Assembly: GCF_009914755.1 (NCBI RefSeq)
Contig: NC_060935.1
Length of the DNA: 64,000 bases
Source: the human T2T-CHM13v2.0 reference genome, Homo sapiens
Direction: 5' to 3' (one strand)
Shown: piece after piece, positions 13,359 through 30,106 of the stretch
Numbering within the stretch: the stretch's first letter is position 1
How the letters are laid out: each line of letters opens with the position of its first letter
Position numbers and translations under genes: made by a program
Notes under the pieces: model-generated
Told to the model about the DNA's origin: nothing
What the model saw: only the letters and a program-made list of their open reading frames with translations
Databases searched by the model: none

Positions 13359-15034
13359 TAGTAGGTCAGGTCAATGGATTTCAACACCCCCAAAAGAACT
13401 GTAGTCTAGATTAGGCATGTGAATAAGGAGAGTTAGGGAAAGGAGGGCAGATAGGAGATTCAGTCTGAGGGAAGAGGTTTAAATACAGCTTCTAGAACTC
13501 TGAGCAATGTTCATACATTGGTGTCAGGTGCAGATGAGGCTGTCAACTGGTGAAGTCAATTCAGGATGGTTGATAAGAAGGGTTTGTGCCAGGGTCCAAC
13601 CTCAGGAAACTAGGCAGCTGATTGGGCTCCCTCACTCCACCTCTAGAAACCTGGGGAGATGGGGAAATTTCAAGCATTCAAAGGATCAGACAGGAGAGGT
13701 GGAAAACAGACAAAATCAGATTCAGGAAGTGGCCAAGTTTAGTGTCAATTTATGCCAGGTTGAATGATGGTCAGTCTGTACAGATTTGGTCCCAAGTCTG
13801 TTCAGGTTAGCAGCGTGCAAGGTGTGATGGAACCCTTGACCCTGCAGGCATTGATATTCTGTTATGTTTTCTAAGAATGATACTCTAGATGTTTCTCTCT
13901 GCCCCTGGGCTTTGTTACATCTGCTCTCCAGGCACCCCAGCCCCAGCAACCCCTCAGTATTCAGACCAAGGCAGAGGATGGCATTTCTTCTATTTGACCA
14001 TCAAGGACTTGCCCTTCGGGCATATCAGGACTGACACTGCAACTCACTCCTTCACCTTTCCTTTAGCCTCTGTAACTCAGCTCCCTAGAGTTTCAGGCTC
14101 CCCTGCCCCGTTCTCTCTTTTCTATTTTGACTCACCTTTATTTTCACTTTTTAATGTTGACTCTATCCTTGAGTGAAGTGTGACTTCACCTTTTGTTCTA
14201 AGCTGAGCTCAGGGCTCAGTCTCACTAGCGGTCAGATGGTTTTGCTGGTCAGAGTCGTGTCAGGAGCCTCTCCACTTGATCTCAGATTCCTGCCACAGCT
14301 GCCAGACTGCTGTTTCTCCTTATTGCAAAAGCTCAAGCCATTGAAGAGCTCCCTAAACTTATGTAGGCTAAAGGGATCTCCCTTGGGTCTTTATTTATTT
14401 ATCATACGGAACTGATCATCCCCAGGGATCAATGAATGAATGAGCCTTCCTATGTCTATATTAGTGATGTATTTATGTCATAACATACTTAACATAGTCG
14501 TGTTTCCAATTGTATATGCCTGAAAGGCTAAACTGCTGTAACAGGCCCTGAGTTACAGTGTCTTCAAAATAAAGTTTATTTATCTCTCATGTTACAGTTC
14601 AGAAAAATATCAAGCAATTTTTCTGGACTCAGTCATTCAGTGACTCTTCCATTTTATTTCCTCACCACCTTTCAGAGAATTTCCCTATGTTCAGTAAATA
14701 TTTGAGCACTTACTATTTAAAAGGTTCTGGGTCACATTTTACAGGAGATAGGTAGTTCAGCCTTCTCAGAACTCAAGATCTAATGGGAACACAAAGCAAG
14801 TAAAGGAATAAGTATAGTTGAGAGAAGAAAAACAAACACAATAGAGAGATCTGCAGGGATCAAATGAGGAAGGAATCACCTTCAGTTCAGGGACAACAGG
14901 AAAGTCTTCACAGAGGACATGTGTATAAGATAAGATTTGAAGGATAAATAAAATTTTAGTAAACAACAGAAGAAAATGTTACCAGTGGAGAAAACAGTAT
15001 GAACCAAAGTTTGAGGATTAAAATATATATAGAA

Positions 15035-16035
15035 ATGCTCCTAAATGTCCATCAATGATAAATTGGATAAAGAAAATGTGGTACATTGGTTTCACCGTGT
15101 TGGCCAGGATGGTCTCCATCTCTTGGCCTCACGGTCCGCCCACCTTGGCCTTCCAAGGTGCTGGGATTGCAGGCATGAGCCACTGTGCCTGGCCTTCATT
15201 TTTTCTTTGAGTCAGAATCTCACTCTATCACCTAGTCTGGTGTGCAGTGGTGCAATCATGGTTCACTGCAGCAAACTCCTAGGCTCAGGGAATCCTCCTG
15301 CCTCAGCCTCCCAAGTAGCTGGGACTACAGGCACATGCCACCATATCTGGCTAATTGGTTTTTATTTTTTGTAGAAATGGGGTCTCACTATGTTGCCTAG
15401 GCTGATCTCAAACTCATGGCCTTAAACAATGCTCCTGCCTCTGCCTCTTGAGTTTCTTGGATTACAGGCGTGAGCCACTGCACACAGATATGGTTGTTAT
15501 CTTTATTATACTGATGCTTTCATGGGTATATGTCAAAACTTAGCAAATTGTACACTTTAAGTGTGCAATTAATTGTATGTCAACTATACCTCAATGAAGG
15601 TATTCAAAAAACTGCACACACAAAAAAAGAAAATGTGGTACATATACACCATGGAATACTATGCAGCCATAAAAAGGAACAAGATCATGTCCTTTGCAGG
15701 AACATGGATGGAGCTGGAAGCCATTATCTTCAACAAACTAAAGCAGGAACAGAAAACCAAACACCACATGTTCTCACTTATAAGTGGGAGCAGAATGATG
15801 AGAACGCATGGACACATGGTGGGAACAACACACACTGGGGCCTGTCGGAGGGAGTGGGAGGAGGGAGAGCATCATAAATAATAGCTAATGGATGCTGGGC
15901 TTGATACCTAGGTGATGGGATGAGCTGTGCAGCAAACCACCATGGCACACGTTTACCTGTCTAACAAACCTGCACACCCTGCATGTGTACCCCTGAATTT
16001 AAAATAAAAGTTGGAAATCTAATAAATAAATAATA
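15035..16035 (+). mobile_element. L1PA 3' end interrupted by a composite insertion (15087-15625)
   Basis: L1 3' sequence ...ggataaagaaaatgtggtacat resumes at 15626 (KMWYIYTMEYYAAIK) and ends in (AATA)n. The insert holds an antisense Alu fragment (15087-15194), an antisense AluJ-like copy (about 15196-15492) and an old L1M 3' end. Confidence 0.85.
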
Positions 16036-16059
16036 ATTTTACCAAAAAAATTTAGGAAG

Positions 16060-16960
16060 AAATGAGGATAACAGAATAAGGCATAAGGAGAATACAGTTT
16101 TGAGAGAAGTTAGAGCCTCATTGTGGAGGACTTGGATGACAGGTGAGGAACCAGTTCTTCACTGGTGGGCCAGGGGCAGTCATCTGAGATTTGTAGTTGG
16201 GGAGGAAATGATCAGAGCTCTAACATTAATTGAGATGGACTAAAATGGAGATGCTGAGCACGGGAAAACTAACAGAAAACTACCGTAAGTCAAGGAGGAC
16301 ACAGCACAGACTGGATTCAGGTCGTAGGTTCAGAGAAGGGGCCTGAAGAGAAACCCACGATGAAGGCAAGACCGACAGCTGTGGAATGCTGGAAATGAAA
16401 GGGGGAAATAAAGCATAACTCAGAGTTTTCAAGGTTTATACACTCAAAAAATGGTGATGCTATTAACTGAGATATGGAAGTCAGAGCATGATCTGAGGTT
16501 GGGTGAGGGTGGGAGGGTGACGAGTTCAGTTCCAAACATTAAGTTTAAATTCCTAGCAGACTCAGACACAGCTTTCTAGAAGCAGCTCAAAATGTATATC
16601 CGAAGCTGAGAAGGTAAAGTTGTTTCTTGTATAAGATATGGATTTAAAAGTAGTCTGTAGGGAAAGAGACATGAAGAGGAAAGAGGTCGCCAAGAAAGAG
16701 AACATAGAGCAAGGGGCTGGCGGAACATTAGAAAACTCACACGCCTTAATTGTAGGGGAAGAAGCTTCAGGGAAAGAAGAAGGAAGAAGACATATCTGAA
16801 AAGCTAAAAAACCAGGAGTGTGCAGTGTCCTGGGAGATAAAAAGAATTCTCAACAAGGTCCAACTATATCAGAAACAAAGAGAACTGATGAGGCAGATGG
16901 AGGAAAAAATATTGAATTTGATAAGTAGTTTGTAAGTTACAACTTTTAGGATGGTAGTTT
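16060..16960. mobile_element. L2-like decayed fragments
   Basis: Purine-rich L2-type motifs (gatgctattaactgagatatgg; gagttcagttccaaacattaagttt). Confidence 0.55.
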
Positions 16961-17161
16961 GGTACGCTGAGAGGGATAAAAACGAACAAATTAAACAGTG
17001 GTTTAGGGAAGTTAGGAAACAAATATGGAAATTTAGGAAAGGAGCAACAAAATAAAACAAAAGGAAGTAGAAGTGAAGGATTAATAAAGCACAGATTAAT
17101 GAATTAGAAAATAACACTAATAAATACAAAAGCTGTATTTAAAAAAATGAACTATTAGCTA

Positions 17162-19870
<2,709 letters not shown>

Positions 19871-20829
19871 GAATGAGTACGTAGACTTTTAATTATATCT
19901 CAAAACACGGGTGCACACATGTATGCACACATATACACGCATCTTGCAAGACTCAGCTGAAATGCCAACTCCTCTAAAAGACCTTCCTCCTTTCTGAACC
20001 CCTTTTCTAGGCCATTTATAACTCCCTGGACATTTGTGCCATATTAGGGCTCCTGCACTCTTTGTATTGCCTTAATTTGTGCAGAACTAGAACAGTGATT
20101 TGAAGAAGGACAAATAGAAGGAGGACAAGAAAACATGAAGAGCAAGAAGCCACTTTCTGAATCTTTAGGAGGAGGAGATTTTAATGTTTATCAAAAAGAA
20201 ACATGAATTTTTAAATGATTGAGAAATACTACACTGATATAAACACTTAGGGGGCTGGGATAACAGTCTCCAAATGGCACTTCTCACACTGCATTCTAAT
20301 CATTCATTTATGCCTGTCTTCCCCACTAAATCATCCGCCCCTTAAGAGAATGGATTTTGCAATTTCCTCACACACTGTAGGTGATCCATTTGAAAGACTG
20401 AATGAGAATTAACTTCTATTCCTTACTAGAGGAAAGGGATGGCAGCTTGAGAAAAATGAACACTCAGGCACATCAATTTTGGAAAAGTTCTTCCTTATCC
20501 TATGGACAGGAATATACCTATGTTTTTACATAGGTATCTTTTACTACATTCAGTGTCTCTGAAATGGAGTTGTACCCATAGTCGCTGTTGTTCAAGCAAT
20601 GGTTGTGGTGTAGTTGTGACCGCCCACATCATGACAACTTAGACATAGCTGTTTATGCTGTCACCTCCATTGAGGTATGTGCAAGACGACCACATAATTT
20701 TATCCTCCAAAGCCACACTCTTTTGAGAATGAAAAGGGACACTAACCAGATGGGACACCATGACAAGAGCAAACCTAGACTGTCGCAGGCAAATGTGGAC
20801 AGATGAGGTGCCTTGTTAGTACTGCCTAC

Positions 20830-21352
20830 GATGGATTTAAATGTCATTCCAAATGTCTTCAAAAAGAGTGCACTATGATAAGCATTTAAATGAGAAATGA
20901 CCACATCCACAAAAAGCACAGAAACAGCTGTGAACATAAATTTGGGAATGGTAAAACAAATATTCATTTTTGGAGGAATGGTCACAATTCTGTGTTTCCT
21001 TACAAAGCAAACACCTAGTATTCATGGAACCTTAAGTAAATACTTACAGGTATACAAAGGTGTTTTACATCATTTTGATAGGAAATATGCAAAAGGGTTG
21101 CCTTTTAAATGCCAGACAAGGCAACTGAAAGCAGGAGAAATTGCCAAGTCCCTCAAAATTGATTTACAAAAAAAAAAAAAAAAAAAAAAAAACTCCAAAG
21201 TAAGGAGAGGCGCTGTGACTAATCTATGTTTCAGGGGTATTGCTAGGCATTATGGTATAGTCTAAAGCAGCTTTTTCCTTCATTCTCAGTGATACATAAA
21301 GTCACGGTGTGTCTAACAATCAGTGGCACCTTACCTTCAATGAGATACCATA
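20830..21352 (+). mobile_element. Decayed Tc1/mariner-superfamily (pogo/Tc2, Kanga-like) DNA transposon fragment
   Basis: ORF 20897 contains GLPFKCQTRQLKAGEIAKSLKID, resembling a CENP-B-type HTH. The end ttcaatgagatacca resembles a Tc2-type TIR. Confidence 0.5.
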
Positions 21353-21807
21353 TTTTGTCTAGATCAATGAGAAAGAACCCTTCTCATCAATGCATACCCG
21401 GCTGTATCTGGATAAAGACTATTTCTGAAGGTGGTTTTATCACATCCCCTCGGTTCTTCCTGGAGATGTGCTCAAGCCAGGCTTCAAGCCAAGCCTCCAG
21501 CCAGAAAGCAAGAATCCCTGAATGGACTTGGCTAGCTCTTTTACCCAGATATGTTTGCTAAAACTCTAGCAGAATTAAAAGATTGTAAAAGCTGTCTTTA
21601 GCAAGTCATAACATCTGAATCTAACATCTGGACCTGGGTACTATTTCATGTTACACCACCAGTACCATTGCCCATAGGTTACATAATAATGACACCAACA
21701 AACACAGCCACTCTGCAATTATGGAGTTATGAGAAGTCTGTGGACACAAGGGGTCAGCTATTTACAATGTCACAATGTTGCAGAGTGGGTGAGCACAACA
21801 CATCTAG

Positions 21808-22204
<397 letters not shown>

Positions 22205-22274
22205 AAAATCTCTATTTCAATAAAATTACTTAAATCTGTTTCTTGACTTACATAGTCAAAATCTTCAACTGTCA

Positions 22275-22540
22275 TATTAAGTTATACACACATACACATA
22301 TACATACATATACATATGTGTATGTATGTATAATACATACACATATACATACATATACACATATATGTATGTGTATGTATGTATAATATACATATTATAC
22401 ATAGTTATACATATATACACATACACATATATACACATGTTATATACACATATATACATATGTTATACATATATACACATGTTATACATACATATATACC
22501 CATACACATATGTATATACACATTCCTGAATATATATATA
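22275..22540. repeat. (TA/CA)-rich low-complexity tract
   Basis: Degenerate tatacacata repeats. Confidence 0.9.
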
Positions 22541-25038
22541 GGAAACTTATTATTCTAAAATCCTGGCATTTTTGATAATCCAGGACTAACTCATAGTGGG
22601 GAAGAGGGTTTCTTTATGTCCCTAGCATCTCTGCTTCTTTCCCTCATGACACCATAGTTAAAGGGTCCAGAGGCAGACTCTTTACCAAAGGAAGAAGTAT
22701 TAGAGTCGAGATAGAAATGAGCAGGCAGGCATTCACCTTCAAGACCACCAGCCCAGCTCACTCAGCTTTTTTACCAATCTCTAAAACTCCTTCTCTCCTG
22801 AATTCTGGGAATGGGCTTGGGAAACTGACTGATTTCTCTAAGTGTGAGGCTGATGGACCAAGGCCCTACACACTGCTTAGAAATAAATCCAGCCATCTTC
22901 CCTGCCCCAAAGAAATACTTTCAGCACTCTCATTGCTTTCTGGAGGGCACATTGGGTGTCACAAAATGGTGTACCCTAAGAAGTAAAATAACTGCATCCC
23001 AAAGGCTTCCCCAGCCCATTTCATCCATCCTCTCCCGTGGTTACGGGCCAGCCACTCCCTGGAGCATGTCTTACCACCAAAGCCATACCCCTCAGGTGGG
23101 GACTCTAGACCCCCAAATGTCTGTAGCTCCAATGTAACCAAACAAAATGCCAGGGTCAATTTAACCATTTCCCCAGTGCTGGTGATTTACTCTGATCCAG
23201 CAGACCTAGGACTGGGTTTTCTCCCATGTAAACAAGGGAATGTAAGCTGTCGGATCTCAAGTGCCCCTCCCGGTGGAAACAGTCTCTCATCCACATTTTA
23301 TTCTCCAACTGAACTTCCATATGCCCAGATGCCATGGTATTGGCAAGACAGCTGTTTTCAGATTCAAGGGAAAGCTGGTGGCCACAAAACTGACCACACG
23401 TAGAAAGATCCAGACAGTAAGTGCCCAGCTCATCCCATTCCAAATCCCAGGGCAGGTCTCTTTAAGTAACAGTTTAGTTGGCCTGGAGTAGCCTCTCTGG
23501 TACCTTTCCTGCCCTTTGCTGTACCCCGGGTCAGCCACTGGCTCTGTCCTCAAGCCATCTTCACTTCTGCATGCAAACTGTGGTGGACAAGCCTCTTCCT
23601 TCTGCTCATCCTTCACCAGAGGTCACTGTGCACCCCTCAAAGAAGCATGCGGTCAACGGAGCAGACCCAGAAACTTGAGTTTGTGTCACTGGAGCAGACA
23701 CAGCAACCTTTTTGGGGGTTCCTGAATCAAACAGCTCTTCACATCTCTCCGGTGTAGGGAGGAGAGAAACTTGCATCTGCATGTGAGGATATACCATAGG
23801 CATATATGTATAAGAAAAAACATGGTGCATATGGGGTTAGGTACCATCTATGGTTTCAGGAATCCACTGGGGGTCTTGGAACATATCCCCTGTGGATAAA
23901 GTGGGACTACTGTACTCATGGTCATGTTTCTTTACCATGAAAAATAATGGACTCCCCCTTGATATACTTTATCATTTGTATATTGCTGCTTGTTCATGCC
24001 CATTCTGTTCTCCATTTGAGGGCATCTCTTGTGTCACCAGCACATTTCTCCTCTGCCTCCTCATGGATCCTGTCTCACCTGCTCCTAGGCCCCCCATGTA
24101 CTGTGCCAATGGAGCATAGCGTCAGCCCACACCACTGAGCAGCCCTACCTGCTCCTTCCACTGCCCATATAGACAGGCCTGGGAAATAGCGAAGCCTTAG
24201 AACAAAGGCAGGATAAGGGAAACAGAAGGTGCCTTAGTTCCCACCCTAGTGTGCCTGCTTCAGGGTCCCTCACACCTGCCCTCCACACCTTTACCTTCAT
24301 TGTATCTACCTTTTAGCAAACTTGTCGGCAAAACCCCTGCCAAGTCATCAGGAGCTACACAACCCGAAGAGCAGGTGCCCAGTCCTGGAATGAATAAGGA
24401 GGCTGATATAAAAACGTTGTGGTTTGGAGTATCTGAGGGGTGTTCCCAATACCAGATAAAGGAAAAACTACCAATCATTTCTCTGCTCTATAGATGTGTG
24501 TTTATTCTACCCAAACTTACCCTTGTTTTCCCTCCTTGTTAACAGGGTGCCCCAGACCATCATCAGACCTTGCTATGACCCAGCAACCTGCCTGATAACA
24601 CAGGTACCAGGTTTTTGAATCCCTCAGCAACTGAAGCAAACAGCCAAAGCCACATGCATCCAGCAGAAACCATCCCCCCAGTTCTATGGAAGACTTGCGT
24701 CCTTGGTATAAGAAAACAATCTTTTCTGAGATTTTAAGAAATATATTTAATCATGTGTAATCAATTTGGAGTGAGTAATTGCATCTGAGCAAATGCAGCA
24801 CGTGTACTAGAGGGTATTTTGAAGAACAGGCAAGTGTTTATTGCAAATCAGTTTCTCAGTTTCAAAGCACTTCAGCTCTTCCAATGACGTCTCATATCTC
24901 AAATGCTTCTACAGGGCACTAAATATTTCTACATCAAACTTCATTACATCTTTGAATTTCAGACATAGTCCAGCCCACAGGGAGATGGGTAGAAACTCTT
25001 CGGTGCTCTGTTTGGTTTGTGGAAAGACAAATATTATG

Positions 25039-25347
25039 CAGTAATTCCCCCTTATCCACAGTTTGGCTTTCCAAGATTTCAGTTACCCATAGTCAACTTC
25101 GATCCAAAAATGTTATATTTTGAAAGAGAGATGGAGACCACATTCACATAACTTTTATTACAGTACATTGCTATAATGAGTTATTATTGTTAATCTCTTA
25201 CTGTGCCTAATTTGTCAATTCAACTTCACTATAGGCATATATGTATAAGAAAAAGCATAGTGTATATGGGGTTTGGTACCATCTATGGTTTCAGGAATCC
25301 ACTGGGGGTCTTGGAACATATCCCCTGTGGATAAGCTGGGACTACAG
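25039..25347 (+). mobile_element. MER44-type (Tigger7-derived) MITE
   Basis: TIRs cagtaattcccccttatccac ... gtggataagctgggactacag(ta). Confidence 0.85.
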
Positions 25348-26497
25348 TACTCACGGTCATGTTTCTTTACCATGAAAAATAATGGACTCCTCCTTGATAT
25401 ACCTTATCATTTATATATTGCTACTTACCCAGAAGCCATCATCTCTGATGCATTCTGCGGAGGGTTCAGCATGGCTGGCCCTCACTGGGGCCCTACTGTG
25501 TGCACAGCACCATAAACACAGTGCAGTGCTGTGGGACTATAGAGAAGAAAAGAGAGAAAGAGACAATACAGTTGGAGCTGGGGGATGGATATGCAAACCA
25601 CTGACAAGAATGGAAAGCAGCATGAAATCAGTTCTATTACAGATTCATGCAAGGAGCACCACGAAATGGGCTATTAACTCAATCTTGGTGAATATACAAG
25701 CAAATTACAATCTACGTGAAGAAGGTAGCATTTGTGCTGAATCTTGAAAGATTTGTAGTACTTTACTCTTGCCACTAATCTGGCTTGCTTCAAACACAGG
25801 TTATCTGGCATGATAACCAGATATTCTGATTCAGTCAGTCTGGGGTAGACTGAATTTTATAAGCATTGCAGGTGATTCTGAGGCAGGTGGCCCAAGACCA
25901 CACTATGAAAAACCTACACCAGGGCACAGGCTGCCTGGAAGGAAGCAAGCACAGATGAGGTAGAAAGGTAGGATGGGACCAGGTCACGGGGAGCCTTAGG
26001 TGCCATGCTGTGAGGGTTCGTCTTTATTCTATCAGCAATGGGGAGTCACGTCTGTTTTTAAATGGTTCCCTTTTCTGCTTGAAAGGTTTAAAAAGTTCTA
26101 GCCTCTTTTAAAAGCACAGTATTTAGAAGAATCCACATGCTTCTCAGGTATCTACAAAGAAATTGTGACTAGTTCACTTAATAATGTTATGTTTCATTTG
26201 AATATAGAGCTTTTGGTATGAAGAGTTAGCAAGAACAGATTGGGATGACTCCTAGGGCTCCCCTGCTTGGAAAAAAATACAAGTCTTGGTGGCTGCCGGG
26301 TCAGCGTGACTACGCTTTCCTTGTCTTCTCATTTGCCTAAAAGGAGTGAAGGAAATGGTACAGGAAGCTGGGAAATTGAGTCAAATGTATTTTGGTATTC
26401 TTGTATAAATGTGGAAAGCACAAGTGCAGACACCTTCAGATTTGTGCATTAGAATGCCCTAGAACCTCATTTAAACTACGGATGTCCCTCTTGAGAA

Positions 26498-26995
26498 GCA
26501 GTTCCCAAACATTCCCGTTTCAGGACTCCTTTATTCTCCTATAACTTATTGAGGACCCCCAAGAGCTTTTTTACTTAATATGAGTTATAGCCATATTATG
26601 TTAAAAATCAAAACTAAGAATTTTAAAACGATTCATTTAAAAACAATAATAAATCATTATGTTAACATTAATAAACTTTTATTTAAAAAATATATTTCCC
26701 AAACCAAAACAAAAATTGAATGAGAAGAGTGGAACAGCTTTGCATTTTTGTAAACTTTCTTAATGACTAACTACATAGAAAACAGCTGGATTTTCATATC
26801 TGTTTCTCCAATATCAGATATCACAATCTGTTGTGATATCGCTGTTTTCTCTAGAAAACTCTCCTGTACCTTCATGAGAGAATGGGAGAGTAGAAGGCAA
26901 ATGACTGACTAGTTTTATTGTGAAAATAGTTTGGACTTTTGCAAAACCCCTCAACCAGTCTCCAGGACTCCAGAGTCTCTAGAACATATTTTGAT
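26498..26995. mobile_element. hAT-Charlie-like DNA transposon remnant
   Basis: cagttcccaaac...tcaggactcctttattctc...ttattgaggacccccaagagc. Confidence 0.5.
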
Positions 26996-27639
26996 TCTAG
27001 ATTCCATTGGTCTGACATCGGGCAAGAGTACCAGAGGCACAGCTAAGCTTGAGAACCACTAGATGATACCCACTGGAAGTCCTGAAATGCCACGTGTTGT
27101 ACAAATCTAGAATGCCTAGGAAGATGTCCATGAACTCTAACTCTGTTTAGAACTGGGAGGTAGAACCAAAATTAGGTTAAGCAGCAATCGTGAGTAGTTG
27201 AAGATGAATGAGAGGAATGTCAGAAAGTACCTAAAAATTGGTTTTTAAAAATTTTTTGCTCTAGAAGAGTTGACAACACTATGTATCAAAAAGACTCTTT
27301 TTTAAAAAAATGAGAAAGCTTGTTTTAAAACATAACTATTCAGGCCCTACTTCAAAAGATTCTGAATTCCACAGCAGTGGGAGCTGGACAAAGATATTTT
27401 TAACCAGCTTCACAATTGATTCTGATGTACTAATAGGATTAGGGACCTCAGCTATACATCATATATTTATGTTTTAGACATAATAAAATGGCAAACCAAT
27501 TGTATTAAAGTGACATTAATTGTGATTCCTATTCCTAATTGAAAACATTTTCTTAGAATTTTCATCTCCACCTGCAAGATGCCCATCTCTTAAAAATCAT
27601 GTACCCATAACCTAAGTACTATAGGCATAGTACCTACTG

Positions 27640-28081
27640 GCAAATATGGGCTTTTGCATGCATACATATATACATACATTTTTTTTAAATATAACTCTAA
27701 ATTAAAGAGGGTGGAAAATTCCACTGTTATTCATAAAAGAAATAAGAGATTCCTTTTTTTCATAATAAACTTTTAAGAGAGTTTGTTCCTAATGGAAATT
27801 CATTCATGGGGAATAAAAATCTTCATGGGGAGGGAAAAAGTACCTTCATATATCATCTACATTGAGGATGCAAATTGTAGAGAAACACACACCAAAGGAT
27901 TTGCATTTAATCAAATCTAGAGCAAGTCATTTCAGAAGCATCACTACCGTGTGCAGAAGGCTTTCCCACCAGGGTCAGGCTGAGCTTTCTAGCAGACCAG
28001 GACCCCTTACCAAGGAGTGAACACCATTCACAAGAAATTCTGCACTGCTGTTAAGAAGGAAATCCACCAGAAACATCCAGA
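27640..28081 (+). promoter_or_regulatory. Putative POU2AF2 promoter and 5'UTR with paired octamer motifs
   Basis: ATGCAAAT at 27868-27875, ATTTGCAT at 27899-27906 and a variant TTTTGCAT at 27652-27659. No ATG seen between 27907 and the start codon. Non-repeat sequence with no CpG island. The exact TSS cannot be read from sequence. Confidence 0.65.
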
Positions 28082-28091
28082 ATGGAAAGTG
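28082..28091 (+). CDS. POU2AF2: POU2AF2 (OCA-T1/C11orf53) coding exon 1: M-E-S plus the first base of V
   Basis: ccagaATGGAAAGTG|gtaagt. Strong Kozak context (A at -3, G at +4) and a consensus donor at 28092. Phase 1 joins in frame to exon 2 (G|TC = Val) and matches the recalled N-terminus MESVPGDYSK. Confidence 0.88.
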
Positions 28092-28909
28092 GTAAGTCAA
28101 CATCAATTATTATAATTTAAAAAAACTTTAATCCTAATTTTTATTTTTGATAACACAAAGTCATAACATAAAACAAAGGTTAAGGAGAAATCTCCTAACT
28201 CTGGCATAGAACATATAAAAATATAAAACACAGATCAAGGACTACCTATTTAGAACTCTTGGTAACATTTTCCTAATTCTAGTTACATTTAATTACTAAT
28301 TGTTTGATTTTGTTTTGCTTTATAGAGTTTACAGAGATATTCTGAAAGATCAACTCAGTTGAACATTATTTTCATAAAATAAGTACTTGAATATCAAAGC
28401 CTTCTTTTCCAATATATAGTGAAATTTTATTTTAGCAAATTTCAGTAAGCTCTCAACTATAGAGAAAGTGCAGAAGAAGAATTCACATTCATATAGAACC
28501 TGAAACATCTTTTATTCATGCATCTTGTTTTAGGCTTTTAAGGCTAAGAAGTAAGGTCATTCTATTTACATATGATAAGGAAGAGTCTGGGCTGTTATTT
28601 CATGAATCTAACTAAATATAGATCTTTCCCCGGATGTTCATCCTGAGATACAAATGTGAATAGTCAACAGAGAGCAAAGCCCACCTGTTCGCGAACAAAT
28701 TTAAGATTGAAAAAGTCAGCACTTTAAATGTTAACAAATGATGACAGAGGGAGCATTTCAAAAATGCCTTGTAAAGTACCTTAAAAGAAAAATTAATATT
28801 TTTTAAATGCTGCAATTCTTCAAAGTCTGATCTCAAAAGGTAAGAAGATAGAAAGAGCTCTAAGAGCATCTATCTTCTGCAGCATAAAATTGGTTATTAG
28901 CTGTGACAA

Positions 28910-29403
28910 TTTTTAAAAAATAATAAATTGTATTGTGTATACTTGAGATTCACAGCATGTTATTATATAGATACAGATAGTAAAGATGGTTACTATAGTG
29001 AAACAGATTAATATATCTATCATGTCACTTAGTTACTTTTTTGTGACAAGAGCAGCTAAAATCTACTTATTTAACAAAAATCCCTAAAGCACTGCAATGT
29101 TATTAACTGTAGTCCTTATGTTGTACATTATATCTCTAGAGTTTCATCCTACACACTGGCTACTTTGTATTTTCTGATCTACATCTCATTTCCTCCCCCA
29201 CCTCAATCCTACCTATGGTGACCAGTTTTATTCTTTATATACTTGACCTTTTTTTTCCCTAGATTCCACATTCAAGTGAGATCATGCAATATTTTTCTTC
29301 CCTGTCTGGCTTGTTTCACTTAGCATAATGTCCTCCACTTCCAGCCAAGTTGTGGCACATGGCAGGATCTCCTTCTTTTTAAGTCTGAATTTTATATATT
29401 CAT

Positions 29404-29451
<48 letters not shown>

Positions 29452-29585
29452 TATTTCTTTATTCATCCATCAACAGATGGCTGTTTAGGTTGTCTCTGTA
29501 TCTTGGCTATTGTGAACAATGCTGCAATGAACATGGGAGTGCAGCTATTTTTACAAGGTGTTAATTACAGCTTCTTTGGGTATTG
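28910..29585 (-). mobile_element. L1MA-type 3' end in intron 1
   Basis: agattccacattcaagtgagatcatgcaatatt ... gcaatgaacatgggagtgcag, with an internal (GA)n. Confidence 0.85.
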
Positions 29586-29733
29586 GATTCAGCTATGAAG
29601 GTACATTGGGAGGAGTTTGTGGATACCTACAGTGTGGGCAAATCAAACTTCAACAAAATCCTAATATGTTAACTGATTTGACCTAGCATCTTTAAAAGTT
29701 AGTCTTTATTTCAAGTTTAAGATTTCATAAATA

Positions 29734-30048
<315 letters not shown>

Positions 30049-30106
30049 TTAATAATATTTTGAATATTTCAAGATTAGTTTATGAGCTTGGAGACTATAA
30101 GTGGCC

